Source: a virus (taxonomy: Duplodnaviria > Caudoviricetes). From it: a stretch of 64,000 nt of DNA. A program made the translations under genes and the position numbers. The notes under the pieces are model-generated. The model saw only the letters and a program-made list of their open reading frames with translations, was not told the DNA's origin and searched no databases. The stretch lies in the IMG/VR virus record IMGVR_UViG_3300025892_000008, one strand, 5' to 3'. This document shows, one piece after another, positions 8,980 through 19,209 of the stretch; positions within the stretch are counted from its first letter, which is position 1; the number at the start of each line of letters is the position of its first letter.

Positions 8980-10152
8980 TTACGCAAATCTTAGGTTCGC
9001 TGATGTTACAGCCACTTTACCTAAGTAGTCTGCCGCATTACCAAGAGATGATGCAGTGTTTGTTAACTCTACATAACCATATCTTGTCATGAAACTTACT
9101 ACTGGCTCAAAAGTGCCTGGATCAAGAACCACACCGCTTGACATCAATGGGATGTATGGGCAGTAAAACGCTGCTGCGTCTGATTCGCTTGAACCTTTGT
9201 AACCAACAATTACATCGTCTGATGTAGCATAACCGTTAACATACACTTTCATCGCACTGTTTAAAGTTCCTACAAACTTAGTGTTTGTTGGTGCTTCAAA
9301 AGTACCTTCAGTTGTTCTTGCAAACGCTGAAGTTGTAGCAGATTGTAACAAAGTTAATACTGTTGGTGAAACAACAGCCCAGTTACCTGCGCCACGACGT
9401 GTACGCTGTGCAATCAAGTTAGCAACTCTGTTGATTTGAACTGCAAGTGCTGCGTGTTCATCACCAACGAAAGTAGCAGTACCTGACACTGCGCCTTGGT
9501 CGTATGTTAATGCGGCTGTACCAGCCAATGTTGATAAAGAAGTAATCACTTCCTGATCGATCTCAGCAGTAATTTCCTGCGCTAACGCAGCCATTACTTC
9601 AGCCTCGATATCAATCCCTTGCTGTGCTTGTGCATCCTGAGCAGCCTCAAAAGTCCAGCGAGCTGATAACTTACGAGTTTTGGCTTCAACAGTTTGCTTC
9701 AAGATTTGAATTGACAGTCTGTTTCCTGCTTCACCTTCTAGAGATGCAGTAGAACCAGCCTTGATGTCATCATTTCCTGAATAACCTTCAGCAATTTTGA
9801 AAGGTGATAATGCTTCTTCACCTGCAGTAGCATTCGTTCCAGACGCTGAAGTAAAGTTATCTGCATAACGTACTCTTAACGTGTGGATCTGTCCTACTGG
9901 TCCAGTCATTGGTTGAACACCAACTAATTCATTTGCGATGACAGTTGGCATTACACGTCTGATAACTGGTAAAATGACGCGATTTAGTGTTGCGACGTTG
10001 CCGGCAGAAGTTGCACCTGCTGTAGCACTCTCTGACAAATACTTACGGGTATTTTCCAGAGTGGTTGCCATAACAGTACGCTTGTTACCATTTAACCCTT
10101 CTAAAAGGGCGTCTTTGGTTTCTGACCAGCGTGACTCTAATAGTTGTGACAT
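8980..10152 (-). CDS. gp23: Major capsid protein (T4 gp23 family)
   Basis: Motifs VIRRVMPTVIANELVGVQPMTGP, KTRKLSARWT, ALAQEITAEIDQEV, FYCPYIPL and MTRYG. Confidence 0.97.
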   Translation of the reverse strand: MSQLLESRWSETKDALLEGLNGNKRTVMATTLENTRKYLSESATAGATSAGNVATLNRVILPVIRRVMPTVIANELVGVQPMTGPVGQIHTLRVRYADNFTSASGTNATAGEEALSPFKIAEGYSGNDDIKAGSTASLEGEAGNRLSIQILKQTVEAKTRKLSARWTFEAAQDAQAQQGIDIEAEVMAALAQEITAEIDQEVITSLSTLAGTAALTYDQGAVSGTATFVGDEHAALAVQINRVANLIAQRTRRGAGNWAVVSPTVLTLLQSATTSAFARTTEGTFEAPTNTKFVGTLNSAMKVYVNGYATSDDVIVGYKGSSESDAAAFYCPYIPLMSSGVVLDPGTFEPVVSFMTRYGYVELTNTASSLGNAADYLGKVAVTSANLRFA

Positions 10153-10164
10153 TGTTTGTTCTCC

Positions 10165-11268
10165 TTAAACTTTTAGTCCCGCAAGCCTGCGGATGTCAAA
10201 AATCTCAGCGGTTTTTTGCTCTGATCCGCCGATTGCTTGTGCCTGTGTTTTATCGCCTGTTACTTCTTTGCCTTCTGTCAGCGCCACCTTTTTCATTTGA
10301 GGTACATTTCCTTCCATTACGGCAGAAATATACTTGTCAAAGGTTGCGTGTAGTTTATCTGTCTGCACAGATTCTAAAAGTTCGCCCATAACTTCACGCT
10401 TTTCTTTTGAAAGCGGTGACATAAGTTCTGCCATTGCTTCCTTTCTTTGCGCTGAGTTATTCATACGAGTTATTTCAGTATCTTTGCTTTCAACTAGTTT
10501 CTCAGCATCAGCCGCTTTGGCTTCTGCTTCTTTAACTGCTTCTTCTTTCTGTTTTACAACTTTAAGAAGTTTGGCTGTTTCAGATTTTTCATTAAGATGG
10601 CTAGTTGCATATTCGCTTGCAAAACTTTCAAAAATTCTGCGACCAAAATCATTCGTGCGTGCAGCCTCGATATCTTCTTTTAATTGAGTCATTTCAGAAC
10701 GCAGTCCTTTTGAAACTGTTTCCTGAATTGCTTCAGATGCTTTGTTGATAAATTGTTTCTTAACATCTTCAAATTTAGCCTTGCTATCTCTAACAAGTTT
10801 AACTTTGGTTTCAGCAAGATCCTTTTTATCAGCATGGAATTCTGCGATTTCTTTCGCCAATGAATTCACTATAAAAGATTCTAACTTGGCAACATTGCCC
10901 GCTACATTCTTACGGTCTTCACGAAGTTCACCTAGTTCCTTTTTAAGGTTGTTAAGAACGAATGATTCCATTGCTTTGGAATCGTCTTTAATCTTCTTAG
11001 CATACTTGGCTCTAGCCTCGATAAGTCCTTGACGGTCTTCAGCAAATTCAGATAATTCAGCAGTAATTCTGTCTGAAAGCATCTTATCTACTGCTTCAAC
11101 CATTGCAGTTTTATCGTGCTCATACTTCGATGCAAATTCTTCACGTAATTGTGTAGAGATTGTGTCGCGGTTTTCTTGAACAGCAGTTCCCCAAGCGGAT
11201 TCAATCTCCGACTTAGTTTCCTCGGAAATCACATTGTTTTCAAACAATTGTTTAACAAAGTCTAGCAT
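10165..11268 (-). CDS. gp22: Prohead scaffold/core protein (gp22-like)
   Basis: 367-aa coiled-coil, Glu/Lys-rich protein between protease and capsid genes, as in T4. Confidence 0.8.
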   Translation of the reverse strand: MLDFVKQLFENNVISEETKSEIESAWGTAVQENRDTISTQLREEFASKYEHDKTAMVEAVDKMLSDRITAELSEFAEDRQGLIEARAKYAKKIKDDSKAMESFVLNNLKKELGELREDRKNVAGNVAKLESFIVNSLAKEIAEFHADKKDLAETKVKLVRDSKAKFEDVKKQFINKASEAIQETVSKGLRSEMTQLKEDIEAARTNDFGRRIFESFASEYATSHLNEKSETAKLLKVVKQKEEAVKEAEAKAADAEKLVESKDTEITRMNNSAQRKEAMAELMSPLSKEKREVMGELLESVQTDKLHATFDKYISAVMEGNVPQMKKVALTEGKEVTGDKTQAQAIGGSEQKTAEIFDIRRLAGLKV

Positions 11269-11280
11269 GTGATATTCTCC

Positions 11281-11907
11281 TTAAGATTTAAGACCTTGAA
11301 TTAAATTTTTCAAGCTCTCTGCTATATAACGTTGTGCCTGTGCGTCGCCTTGTACTTCTTGTGCTACTTTAAATGCCTCGTAACCACCTTTATTATTCAT
11401 AAGGTGTTCATAAACTGGTGTTGGATAGGCGCCTGGAGCACTTGGTTGTGCTACCACATCCACAGTAATAATTTCAAATCCTTGAACATTACCACTTGGA
11501 TCTACTTCGCCTGATCCTCGACTAGAAACTCCTAACTTAACTCCCGAATCCAACATGGTCGAAACTAATTGACCCATTGGAGTTGGAAGCATTTTAAGTT
11601 TTCCGTAGCCGTTAGGACCGTCCATCCACATTTTTGTAATCATGTGAGATACACGGTCGAGGTTGATACGTAAATCTTGAGGATGATCAACTTCACCTAG
11701 CACTGAATACCCCCCAGAAATCTGTTCGTTGAGCGTCTTGACAGCCCTATCAATTTCTTTCGAAGAATAAACACGCTGGTTAGCATTACGAATGTCACCT
11801 TGAATACAGATGCCACTTAAATGTAATGTTTTACCCTCGCCTTCATCACGTTCTACGACGATTTTAGCCTGGTCGAAGCTCAGATGTTCTTGTAGGTTAG
11901 TTTTCAA
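11281..11907 (-). CDS. gp21: Prohead protease (gp21 family)
   Basis: NANQRVY, LGEVDHP (catalytic His) and GVSSRGSG (catalytic Ser). Confidence 0.95.
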   Translation of the reverse strand: MKTNLQEHLSFDQAKIVVERDEGEGKTLHLSGICIQGDIRNANQRVYSSKEIDRAVKTLNEQISGGYSVLGEVDHPQDLRINLDRVSHMITKMWMDGPNGYGKLKMLPTPMGQLVSTMLDSGVKLGVSSRGSGEVDPSGNVQGFEIITVDVVAQPSAPGAYPTPVYEHLMNNKGGYEAFKVAQEVQGDAQAQRYIAESLKNLIQGLKS

Positions 11908-11922
11908 CCTTAGTCTCCTCTA

Positions 11923-12819
11923 TTATCTACGACCACGGAAAATTGATTGCTTGTTGTCAGCAGTCTCAGCAGCGCCTTTCTTTTCTGCACCGTGTCCTTT
12001 TTCATTGGACATCTTCGTTGCATTTTTGCTACCTGGAGTGTTAACATTGCCGCTTGCAATATCTTTAGGTGTAATATCTGCTAATCCGCCGTCATTTTTA
12101 CCTGACTCTTCACCACCTTTTAAGATGTTAGCACTTGTTCCACCCATGTCGTTCTTCATGTTATCAACAACTGATTTTTTGTTGTCTGCTGTGTCTGCGC
12201 TACCTTTTGTTTCAGCACCGTGTCCACCTGCAACTTTTTCAACATACTCACGCATTGTTGCTAATTCAGCATCGCCTTCTGGGTCAGCAGATGATTCTGG
12301 AGCAAACATTTCTTCTTCTTTTTCTGCATCCATGTCCATCTCATCGCCTTCTTCGCCTTTAATTTCGTCGAATTTTGACTGTAGTTCATCAACGATTGAA
12401 TCTAAATCCTGGAATAACTCTTCTGGCTCTTTATCACCTTCTTCGCTATCACCTGTAATGTCTGTTTCTAGATCGTCGGTTTTATCGCCGCCCATAGCAT
12501 CCATTGGATCTTCGTCGTCTGCTTCTATAGCAACTTCTTCAAATTCTTCGTCAACTTCTTCGTCTTTATCAGATGCTTCATCTACTTTTTCGTCTTCTGC
12601 ATCGTCATCTTTTGACGCTTCGTCTACTTCTTTGTCTTCTGCATCGTCATCTTTAGATGCTTCGTCAACTTCCTCATCTTTTACTTCTTCTTCGATAAGG
12701 TCTTCATAAATTTCTCTTGATTTTGATACCACGTACTCGTGGAATAACTCTTCTGCTTTCGCAGCATCGTCGTTAACCAAATGCTCAAGCATTTGCTCTA
12801 ATGTTGTTTTATCTGCCAT
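11923..12819 (-). CDS. Acidic prohead core/scaffold-type protein
   Basis: 298 aa, very Asp/Glu-rich; occupies the T4 gp67/gp68 position between portal and protease. Confidence 0.7.
   Translation of the reverse strand: MADKTTLEQMLEHLVNDDAAKAEELFHEYVVSKSREIYEDLIEEEVKDEEVDEASKDDDAEDKEVDEASKDDDAEDEKVDEASDKDEEVDEEFEEVAIEADDEDPMDAMGGDKTDDLETDITGDSEEGDKEPEELFQDLDSIVDELQSKFDEIKGEEGDEMDMDAEKEEEMFAPESSADPEGDAELATMREYVEKVAGGHGAETKGSADTADNKKSVVDNMKNDMGGTSANILKGGEESGKNDGGLADITPKDIASGNVNTPGSKNATKMSNEKGHGAEKKGAAETADNKQSIFRGRR
12571..12680 (-). repeat. 42-bp coding tandem repeat (EVDEASKDDDAED unit)
   Basis: GTCTTCTGCATCGTCATCT recurs 42 bp apart; protein reads EEVDEASKDDDAEDKEVDEASKDDDAEDEKVDEASDKDEEVDEE. 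Confidence 0.85.
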
Positions 12820-12860
12820 TGTATTCTCCTATATATAATTGGTAAGGCTGTTTGTTAATG

Positions 12861-12866
12861 TATTTA
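12861..12866 (-). promoter_or_regulatory. Late-type promoter TAAATA
   Basis: Intergenic, upstream of the core-protease-scaffold-capsid operon. Confidence 0.6.
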
Positions 12867-12915
12867 CATTTTACTTATAAAATTGGGGTAAAAAGGGTGT
12901 TTTTTGATTCATTTG

Positions 12916-13554
12916 TTATTGATATATAGTTCCTTCGAAGGTTTTACCAAATTCTTCGATAGAAAGGTGTTTTAAGTTAGAATATTGTGGTCCTAACTTA
13001 TCAGGTATATATGCTCCTGAAGTTATTACTCTATGAAACTGTGTATGTGGAAATTCTTTGATTACTTTTTCTGTTTGTGATAACCAATTACCAAAGAAAG
13101 TAGCAGAATCAGTACTTTTTTTGTAATTATGTGTGTCTGCGTACACATTATTAAACTTTCCTTGCAGTCCTTGATAGTCAAAACCGTGAATATAAATGTT
13201 TTTATGGCCGTTCTTTGCAGCAAACCATAGTGCTGTAGGCCCACTACTCCAACCTTTATGTGGATTAAATAGGTTTATTTTTTGTCGATCTTTGATACCT
13301 TTGTTAGGATTTGTCCATACAGTACCTTTGTTTGCATACCCTGAATCAATTAATTCATTAACCATCTTAACATCAACAGCAACAATATAATGAGGATCGA
13401 ATTCTCTATACTGGGCATTGCACCCGTATACTGTTCCTATATCTAAAAGAGATTCACACTTCACATGTAATCTGCTCTTGCCATTGCCAAGAACAAATGC
13501 TATATCTTTGTGTACAGATTTTGGTTTATTCTTCTTGCTCAACTGGTGTTCCAT
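12916..13554 (-). CDS. DUF115/MptE-like (Maf / sialyltransferase-like fold) protein
   Basis: AFVLGNGKSR, GCNA.YR, VAVD, WSSGPTA and IYIHGFD motif series. Family assigned from motif recall. Confidence 0.6.
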   Translation of the reverse strand: MEHQLSKKNKPKSVHKDIAFVLGNGKSRLHVKCESLLDIGTVYGCNAQYREFDPHYIVAVDVKMVNELIDSGYANKGTVWTNPNKGIKDRQKINLFNPHKGWSSGPTALWFAAKNGHKNIYIHGFDYQGLQGKFNNVYADTHNYKKSTDSATFFGNWLSQTEKVIKEFPHTQFHRVITSGAYIPDKLGPQYSNLKHLSIEEFGKTFEGTIYQ

Positions 13555-13765
13555 ACATTTGACTTATGAAACCCGCTTCGCTTTGCTTTTCTGCATCATG
13601 GGCTTCTGCTTGCAAGCGCAGTTGATTTATTTGACCCAAAGTAAGTTTAATTTTTCTAGTATCATCTAATTCAACAACAGATGAATCTTCTTTGTTGTCG
13701 TATCTACGATCAACAGCAAAGTCGTTTATCTCATCGTTAAAATAAAAAAATTCTTTCAAAAGCAT
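13526..13765 (-). CDS. Small head-module protein
   Basis: 79 aa directly after the portal gene; N-terminal LLKE resembles a protease site; TAAATA 5 nt upstream. Confidence 0.7.
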   Translation of the reverse strand: MLLKEFFYFNDEINDFAVDRRYDNKEDSSVVELDDTRKIKLTLGQINQLRLQAEAHDAEKQSEAGFISQMYGTPVEQEE

Positions 13766-13777
13766 ACTTGTATTTAT

Positions 13778-15475
13778 CTATGCAGGAGTTTCTGCTCCGG
13801 CATCTCCCTCTGGTTGCTCTGCTGCGGCTGCAACTTCTTCTGGTGCTTCAGCATCTTGTGTTGCGGCATCTGCTGCTATACCACCTGGGGTAATACCTGC
13901 GCCTCTTAACTCACCAGCAGCATCTTTGTCAACTCCGACAAGATTACTTCCGTTTTCTTCACGCCATAGTCTTTCGTTTTCTTTTATCTCTTCTTCAGTT
14001 AAACCTAAGTAACGTTTTAGTGCAAAACGTTTTGATAAGTGCGGAACTTGTTGTAGTGTTCCAAAAATATTTGCTCTTGTTGTATCTAACTCTGCTTGTC
14101 TGTATGCTGCAAAGTTTTGTGGTGGATTAAATTTTAATTCAAATAAACTTGGATCAATATTGTATCCGTTTTTAGACAACCAAAATTTAAATTCGTGATC
14201 AAAAGATTCTACAATATTACTTTGTAGTCTTTCGCAATATCTATTAAATCTTAGTTCTTGAATATATGCTGTTCCTACTTTACCATCTGAAACTGTATTT
14301 GCTTGTTCATCAACTGATGTTGGCAAATAACTTGCTGGAATACGTAAAGCTCTAAACAGTTTATTAGTAAAGTATTTTAAATCTGTAATTTCGCCTAGGT
14401 TAGTTCCACCTGGTAATGTTTCAACTTTAGAACCTCTTCCTTCTGCTGTTTGTGGAAAGAAGTAATCTTCGTTAGTTGATAGTGGATTATAACTTGCGTC
14501 AATAACACTAGTTCCGCCACCTGTTGAACTAGGAATACGTCTTTGTTGTATTTCGTTTTTAACTTTTTCAACAAAACTCATTGCCATGTGTGCAGGCATG
14601 TTACCTACATCAACATAAAAAATTCTTCTTTCAGGAGCACGTTGTATTCTATAAATGATAATTGCGTCTTCTAGTAATTCTTTTTGCTTGTAAACTTTAA
14701 ACACACTTTCAAGTAATGAATTACCAAATGGATAGTTACCGTCTAATCCTTCTGATAAACTGATGTGCATAATATGTTCTGCATCTACAGTTACTTCATT
14801 TTGTGCATTTTGAAAACGTGTACCTGGCGGTTGTGCTGCATCGCCAACCATTCCTCTACCAAATCCACCGCCGCTTGTGTATGAACTTGTTCCGCTTGGT
14901 GATGTGTTTGTTGTACCGTGTGGTGTAGTTGCTACTAAATTTTTAAAGTTAAAGTTAATATCTTTTACAACATACTGCTCAGGAAGTTTTCCTTCGGATT
15001 CGTTAACAATAATTTTAGAGACTTTTGCTTGATCCACATATAACAACTTTCTAGTTTCTGGATCACGCATGAAAAAACAATCGCCATATTTGAATACATT
15101 TCTTACTATTCTAAAAATTCTATTTTCTAACTGTTGTATTTTACACCATTTTTGTAATGCTTCTTTTATAAGTTTTGTTTCTACTCCTGTCGGAGCATTT
15201 CTAAAGAAGCAATGGAAAGGAGTAGCATTTTCTTTATCTTTACCTGTACAAAATTCTGCAAGAATATCTAATGCTGCATTTACTTCTGAATCCATATCCA
15301 TTGTGTCGTACTGCATATATTTTTCAATACGATTTGGACTTCCTGCATATACGTCAGGTAAGTATGATGAGTAGTTAGACCGTGCAGGACCGGGACGTCC
15401 ACCGCCACTAATTGGGCTGTATGATCCTGATTGGTTTTCGGTATTAACCGGTGTAAAGTATTTTTTCCAACTCAT
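13778..15475 (-). CDS. gp20: Portal protein (T4 gp20 family)
   Basis: LEDAIIIYRIQRAPERRIFYVDVGNMP, EDYFFP, GSKVETLPGG and KLFRALRIP. Confidence 0.96.
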   Translation of the reverse strand: MSWKKYFTPVNTENQSGSYSPISGGGRPGPARSNYSSYLPDVYAGSPNRIEKYMQYDTMDMDSEVNAALDILAEFCTGKDKENATPFHCFFRNAPTGVETKLIKEALQKWCKIQQLENRIFRIVRNVFKYGDCFFMRDPETRKLLYVDQAKVSKIIVNESEGKLPEQYVVKDINFNFKNLVATTPHGTTNTSPSGTSSYTSGGGFGRGMVGDAAQPPGTRFQNAQNEVTVDAEHIMHISLSEGLDGNYPFGNSLLESVFKVYKQKELLEDAIIIYRIQRAPERRIFYVDVGNMPAHMAMSFVEKVKNEIQQRRIPSSTGGGTSVIDASYNPLSTNEDYFFPQTAEGRGSKVETLPGGTNLGEITDLKYFTNKLFRALRIPASYLPTSVDEQANTVSDGKVGTAYIQELRFNRYCERLQSNIVESFDHEFKFWLSKNGYNIDPSLFELKFNPPQNFAAYRQAELDTTRANIFGTLQQVPHLSKRFALKRYLGLTEEEIKENERLWREENGSNLVGVDKDAAGELRGAGITPGGIAADAATQDAEAPEEVAAAAEQPEGDAGAETPA

Positions 15476-15520
15476 AACTTATCCTTTATTATACAGTCTG
15501 TATATATTGTTTGTCAACCA

Positions 15521-18163
15521 TTATCCTACAGTATATGCATCATTTGACATTCCTTGTGCAACTCCAATGTGTTTTTGGCTTAAAGAGTTACTTAGTCTTG
15601 TTAATGATACTAATTCTTCTATGTTTGTATTTAACGCTAACATGATTTCTTCTGGTGTTTTCTTGGTTTCGGTTATACTAGATAATTCATCTTCTTTGGC
15701 TTTCTTTTCTTCATCTGTTTTCTTTTTGAGTTCTTCTTGTTTTTTAATAGCCTCATTCTTTTCTTTTTCTTTTTCTGCTTCTAATTTTTTCTGCGCATCT
15801 GTTGCAGTTGTTGAAGTAGAAGAAGTATCTCCTACTTCTGCTTCTGTTGCAATATTGTTTTCTTCTTCTGCTGCTGCGCCTTCGGCTTCTTTTTGTGCTT
15901 CAGCCGTACGTTTTTTTACTAATTCAAGATCTCTCTTTAATTGTTCTATTTTGGCTTTAGATTTTTTAATACCACTACTTTCAAAACCTAAATATTCATT
16001 TTCACCTGCTTCACTTCTTTCAATTCTAGCCTGTTGTTCGGTAATTTGAGCTTCAAGATCTTTTATGGTATCTTCGCCAGCAATGGCATCACCAATGGCT
16101 TCACCAGCCATTTCACCACCTTTACTTCCTGCCCAATAGCCTATAGCACCACCAATTAGTCCTCCAATTGCTGTACCAACAATAGGAACTACCGATCCCA
16201 TAGCAGCACCTGCTGCTGCACCTGTTAGTGCGCCAGCACCACCGCCCACAGCGCCGCCAATTGCTTCTGATTTTTCTACTGTTGCTTCGTTACCAGTAAT
16301 TTCTCCTGCTTCGGCTTTATCATCTGCTGCCGCTGCACCTGTATAGCCTTCGTATGCACTCATCAACACTGCAAGAGGCAAAAATCTTCTTGCTACGCCT
16401 TTGGCAACTGCGCCTTTGCCTCCAGGGCCTGCAGCACCTGGCATTCCGCCACCTACTTTTCCACCTACTTTGGCTTTGCCTGCTTTGGTGGCTTTGCCAC
16501 CTGTAAGCATATTAGCACCTGCTGCTAGACTCATGCCTTTTAATGCTGCTGTTGCAAGTAGTGCCGCACTATTAAGTGCAAGTACAGTTCCTGCTACAAG
16601 TTCAAAATTATCAGCGGCTAATTCAACGGCTTTAGGCAAATATTCAATGGCGATGTCTGCTGCTGTGTTGAAGACTGTTTCTAACTTGCTTAAATCAATA
16701 GATGCAAGTGCAGTGGTCATCTCGATTGATTTTTGATTAATATTCTGTTTGAAGCTCTGTACTGTAGCCGGATCAATTAGATCCGGTATTTCTTTAATTG
16801 TAATATCTTTTAGATCTTTTTCATTTTGTGCAAGAGTTTCTTCTAGAGTTTTTGTTCTGGCTGCAACATTTAAAACACCTATAACAAAATCGTTTGCCGC
16901 TGGATCAAATTTACCTAGTGTTTCTGCTAACGGACTCTTGGCAAACTCGTCTGCTTCTTTTTTGTATTGAGTGGTAAAGTTGTTCATTTGCTCAGTACTT
17001 AAAGTACCGTTGTTTTGCATCTGAGTAAACAACTCTTGAGCACTACTACCTGACTGTTTCAAGTAAGCCATTACTTCGATACCAGCATCAGTAGTTGCAG
17101 TACCTGTGGCTAAAATCTCTTTAAGTCCTGCTTGGTGTTGCTTAGGAATACTATCCATCAACGCCTTCATATTTTTCTGGCCGTCTTCGTCCAGTTTGGA
17201 CATCATAATCCTGTACTGTGCGTCTGCCTGTCTAGCGTCTTCTTCAGCCTGTAATGATTCTTTGCTCTTACCTGTTAACTTACTAACAGCATCTAAGTTC
17301 TTCAAGTATGTGTGTGTGCCTTCAATTAACTGTGCATCAGTCTTGCCTTGCAGTCTTCCATTCCTTGCCAACATTTTAGAATAGTCTGCAAATCCTTCGT
17401 TGATATCTGCTGTGCTAAATCCTAATCTTGCAAGGTCTGCTGCAAGTGGAGTGTTTCTAATGTCCTTACCAAGTTTTGCTAAACGTTTAGCACCTTCGGC
17501 TGTGCTACCACCTAACAACATCAATGCTTCAGAATTACCTTTAATTATTCCGCCAAATTCTGAAAGTGACAAACCTGCTTCACTTGAGGATTTCAACATG
17601 GCTGCCATGTTGCCGCCAAAGTTAGCACCTACTGAACTTACTTCTAAAAATGCTGCGTGTGTTTGATCAACTGCACCTGCTACTGGTCCAAATATACCTT
17701 TGATAACATCACCAACTCCCATAGGAATTTGGCCTAATGCACCTACAGCACTACCAATAGAACCATCCATGCCTCGTACAGCCTCTGCTGCAGAACTTAC
17801 TTTATTAATTAAACCTACTATTGCACCTGCGGCTTTTTCAACATTAGCCTGAAAATGTGTTATTTTCTTAACTGATTCGTCGTAGGCCTTTGTGTTTTCT
17901 TCAACTGAAGCGGTTTCTTTATCTTTGGCTTTATATGCTCTAAGTGTGCTATCGTTGAACTTCTTACCATTTTTTACTTGATTTTGGGTTGTACCTGCAA
18001 GGTTGCCCATTGCCTTTTCAAAATCTGCATGGTTTTTGAATTCTGACTTGGATTTAGCAGCAACAACCTGCATTGCTGATAATAGTTGCTTTAACGTGGC
18101 TTCCGTCGCGGCATTATTAAGAACAATTTCTTCTTGTCCAAAATTACCAGTTACATCAGCCAT
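15521..18163 (-). CDS. Tape measure protein
   Basis: 880 aa, Ala/Gly-rich and helical, with glycine-zipper hydrophobic segments (GAAAGAAMGSVVPIVGTAIGGLIGG); adjacent to the chaperone pair. Confidence 0.8.
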   Translation of the reverse strand: MADVTGNFGQEEIVLNNAATEATLKQLLSAMQVVAAKSKSEFKNHADFEKAMGNLAGTTQNQVKNGKKFNDSTLRAYKAKDKETASVEENTKAYDESVKKITHFQANVEKAAGAIVGLINKVSSAAEAVRGMDGSIGSAVGALGQIPMGVGDVIKGIFGPVAGAVDQTHAAFLEVSSVGANFGGNMAAMLKSSSEAGLSLSEFGGIIKGNSEALMLLGGSTAEGAKRLAKLGKDIRNTPLAADLARLGFSTADINEGFADYSKMLARNGRLQGKTDAQLIEGTHTYLKNLDAVSKLTGKSKESLQAEEDARQADAQYRIMMSKLDEDGQKNMKALMDSIPKQHQAGLKEILATGTATTDAGIEVMAYLKQSGSSAQELFTQMQNNGTLSTEQMNNFTTQYKKEADEFAKSPLAETLGKFDPAANDFVIGVLNVAARTKTLEETLAQNEKDLKDITIKEIPDLIDPATVQSFKQNINQKSIEMTTALASIDLSKLETVFNTAADIAIEYLPKAVELAADNFELVAGTVLALNSAALLATAALKGMSLAAGANMLTGGKATKAGKAKVGGKVGGGMPGAAGPGGKGAVAKGVARRFLPLAVLMSAYEGYTGAAAADDKAEAGEITGNEATVEKSEAIGGAVGGGAGALTGAAAGAAMGSVVPIVGTAIGGLIGGAIGYWAGSKGGEMAGEAIGDAIAGEDTIKDLEAQITEQQARIERSEAGENEYLGFESSGIKKSKAKIEQLKRDLELVKKRTAEAQKEAEGAAAEEENNIATEAEVGDTSSTSTTATDAQKKLEAEKEKEKNEAIKKQEELKKKTDEEKKAKEDELSSITETKKTPEEIMLALNTNIEELVSLTRLSNSLSQKHIGVAQGMSNDAYTVG

Positions 18164-18189
18164 TTACTATTTCTCCAGAAATATACGCA

Positions 18190-18228
18190 TATAAATACAT
18201 TTGTTAATATGCAATTATATATTATTTA
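18190..18228. promoter_or_regulatory. Divergent, face-to-face late promoters
   Basis: TATAAATA at 18190-18197 (+, an exact T4 late consensus) and TAAATA at 18223-18228 (-). Confidence 0.7.
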
Positions 18229-18240
18229 TCGGAGATAAAG

Positions 18241-19152
18241 ATGGACGAAAACAAAGAACTACCAAAGGTAGATGTTACAGGGAGTGCTCCAGCGACTAGC
18301 AATGGTGATGCCGCTGTTCAGAGCAGTCCTTTATCTGCCTACTATAGACAACCTAAAATTTACGTAAGTTTACCAAGTAAAGGAAACTTCTACGCACCGG
18401 CCGCACTTGATAAGAGTGAAGACGGAACATATGCTGTGTACAGCATGACAGCCAAAGACGAATTAATGTTTAAAACACCTGATGCATTACTAAGCGGGCA
18501 ATCAACTGTTGCTGTTATTAACAGTTGTATTCCTTCTATTAAAGATCCTTGGCAATTACCTACAATCGATCTAGATGCTATCCTAGTTGCAATTAGAATA
18601 GCCACTTATGGCGAAAACATGGACATTGATACAGAGTGTCCTGCTTGCAAAGAAGAGCAGCGTTATGGATTTGATTTAACAAAATACTTAGAAGAACTTG
18701 CACAGTTTAACTATACAGATACATTTACATCCGGTGAACTTGTTTTCCATATTCGTCCATATACTTACAAAGAGTTCACAAAGAAAACACTTGCAAGAAT
18801 CGAACAAGAAAAAATATTCAATATCATTAATGATAACGAAATGTCCGACGAAGAAAAAGTTGATAGATTTGGAGTTAGTTTTGTAAAATTGACAGAGCTT
18901 ACAGTTGAGTCTGTAGCAGATGTAGTTAGACGAATTGATACTCCGCAAGGTTCAGAAACAGATCCAAAACAGATACGTGATTTTATTCTTAATGCACCAA
19001 AAGAAATTTTTGAAAACTTGCAACAAAGTTTACAAAAGATGAAGCAGCAGTTAGATTTAAAAGTTAAGAGTGCAACCTGTGACAAATGTTCACATCAGTT
19101 TGACATTAACGTTACAATGGACCAAGCAAATTTTTTCGGAGCAAGATCTTAA
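18241..19152 (+). CDS. Baseplate hub/tail assembly chaperone (T4 gp26-like)
   Basis: LPSKG.FY, MTAKDEL.FKTPDALLSG, D.DAILVAIRIATYG, and CPAC / CDKC zinc motifs. Confidence 0.8.
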   Translation: MDENKELPKVDVTGSAPATSNGDAAVQSSPLSAYYRQPKIYVSLPSKGNFYAPAALDKSEDGTYAVYSMTAKDELMFKTPDALLSGQSTVAVINSCIPSIKDPWQLPTIDLDAILVAIRIATYGENMDIDTECPACKEEQRYGFDLTKYLEELAQFNYTDTFTSGELVFHIRPYTYKEFTKKTLARIEQEKIFNIINDNEMSDEEKVDRFGVSFVKLTELTVESVADVVRRIDTPQGSETDPKQIRDFILNAPKEIFENLQQSLQKMKQQLDLKVKSATCDKCSHQFDINVTMDQANFFGARS

Positions 19153-19209
19153 AGTTATCCTTGCCGGAGATCTTGCAAGAAGTAAAAAAATTAGATAATG
19201 AGGCGAGGG
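19128..19209 (+). other. Predicted -1 ribosomal frameshift signal (slippery heptamer plus pseudoknot)
   Basis: In-frame A_AAT_TTT at 19128-19134 overlapping T_TTT_TTC. Stem GCAAGATCT (19141-49) / AGATCTTGC (19168-76). Loop TCCTTGCC can pair with GGCGAGGG (19202-09). The -1 frame is open into 19161..19364. Confidence 0.7.

Noticed and set aside
12571-12680. CRISPR-like repeat array
   Set aside because: The 42-bp repeats are in-frame coding repeats with no unique spacers, and there are no cas genes.
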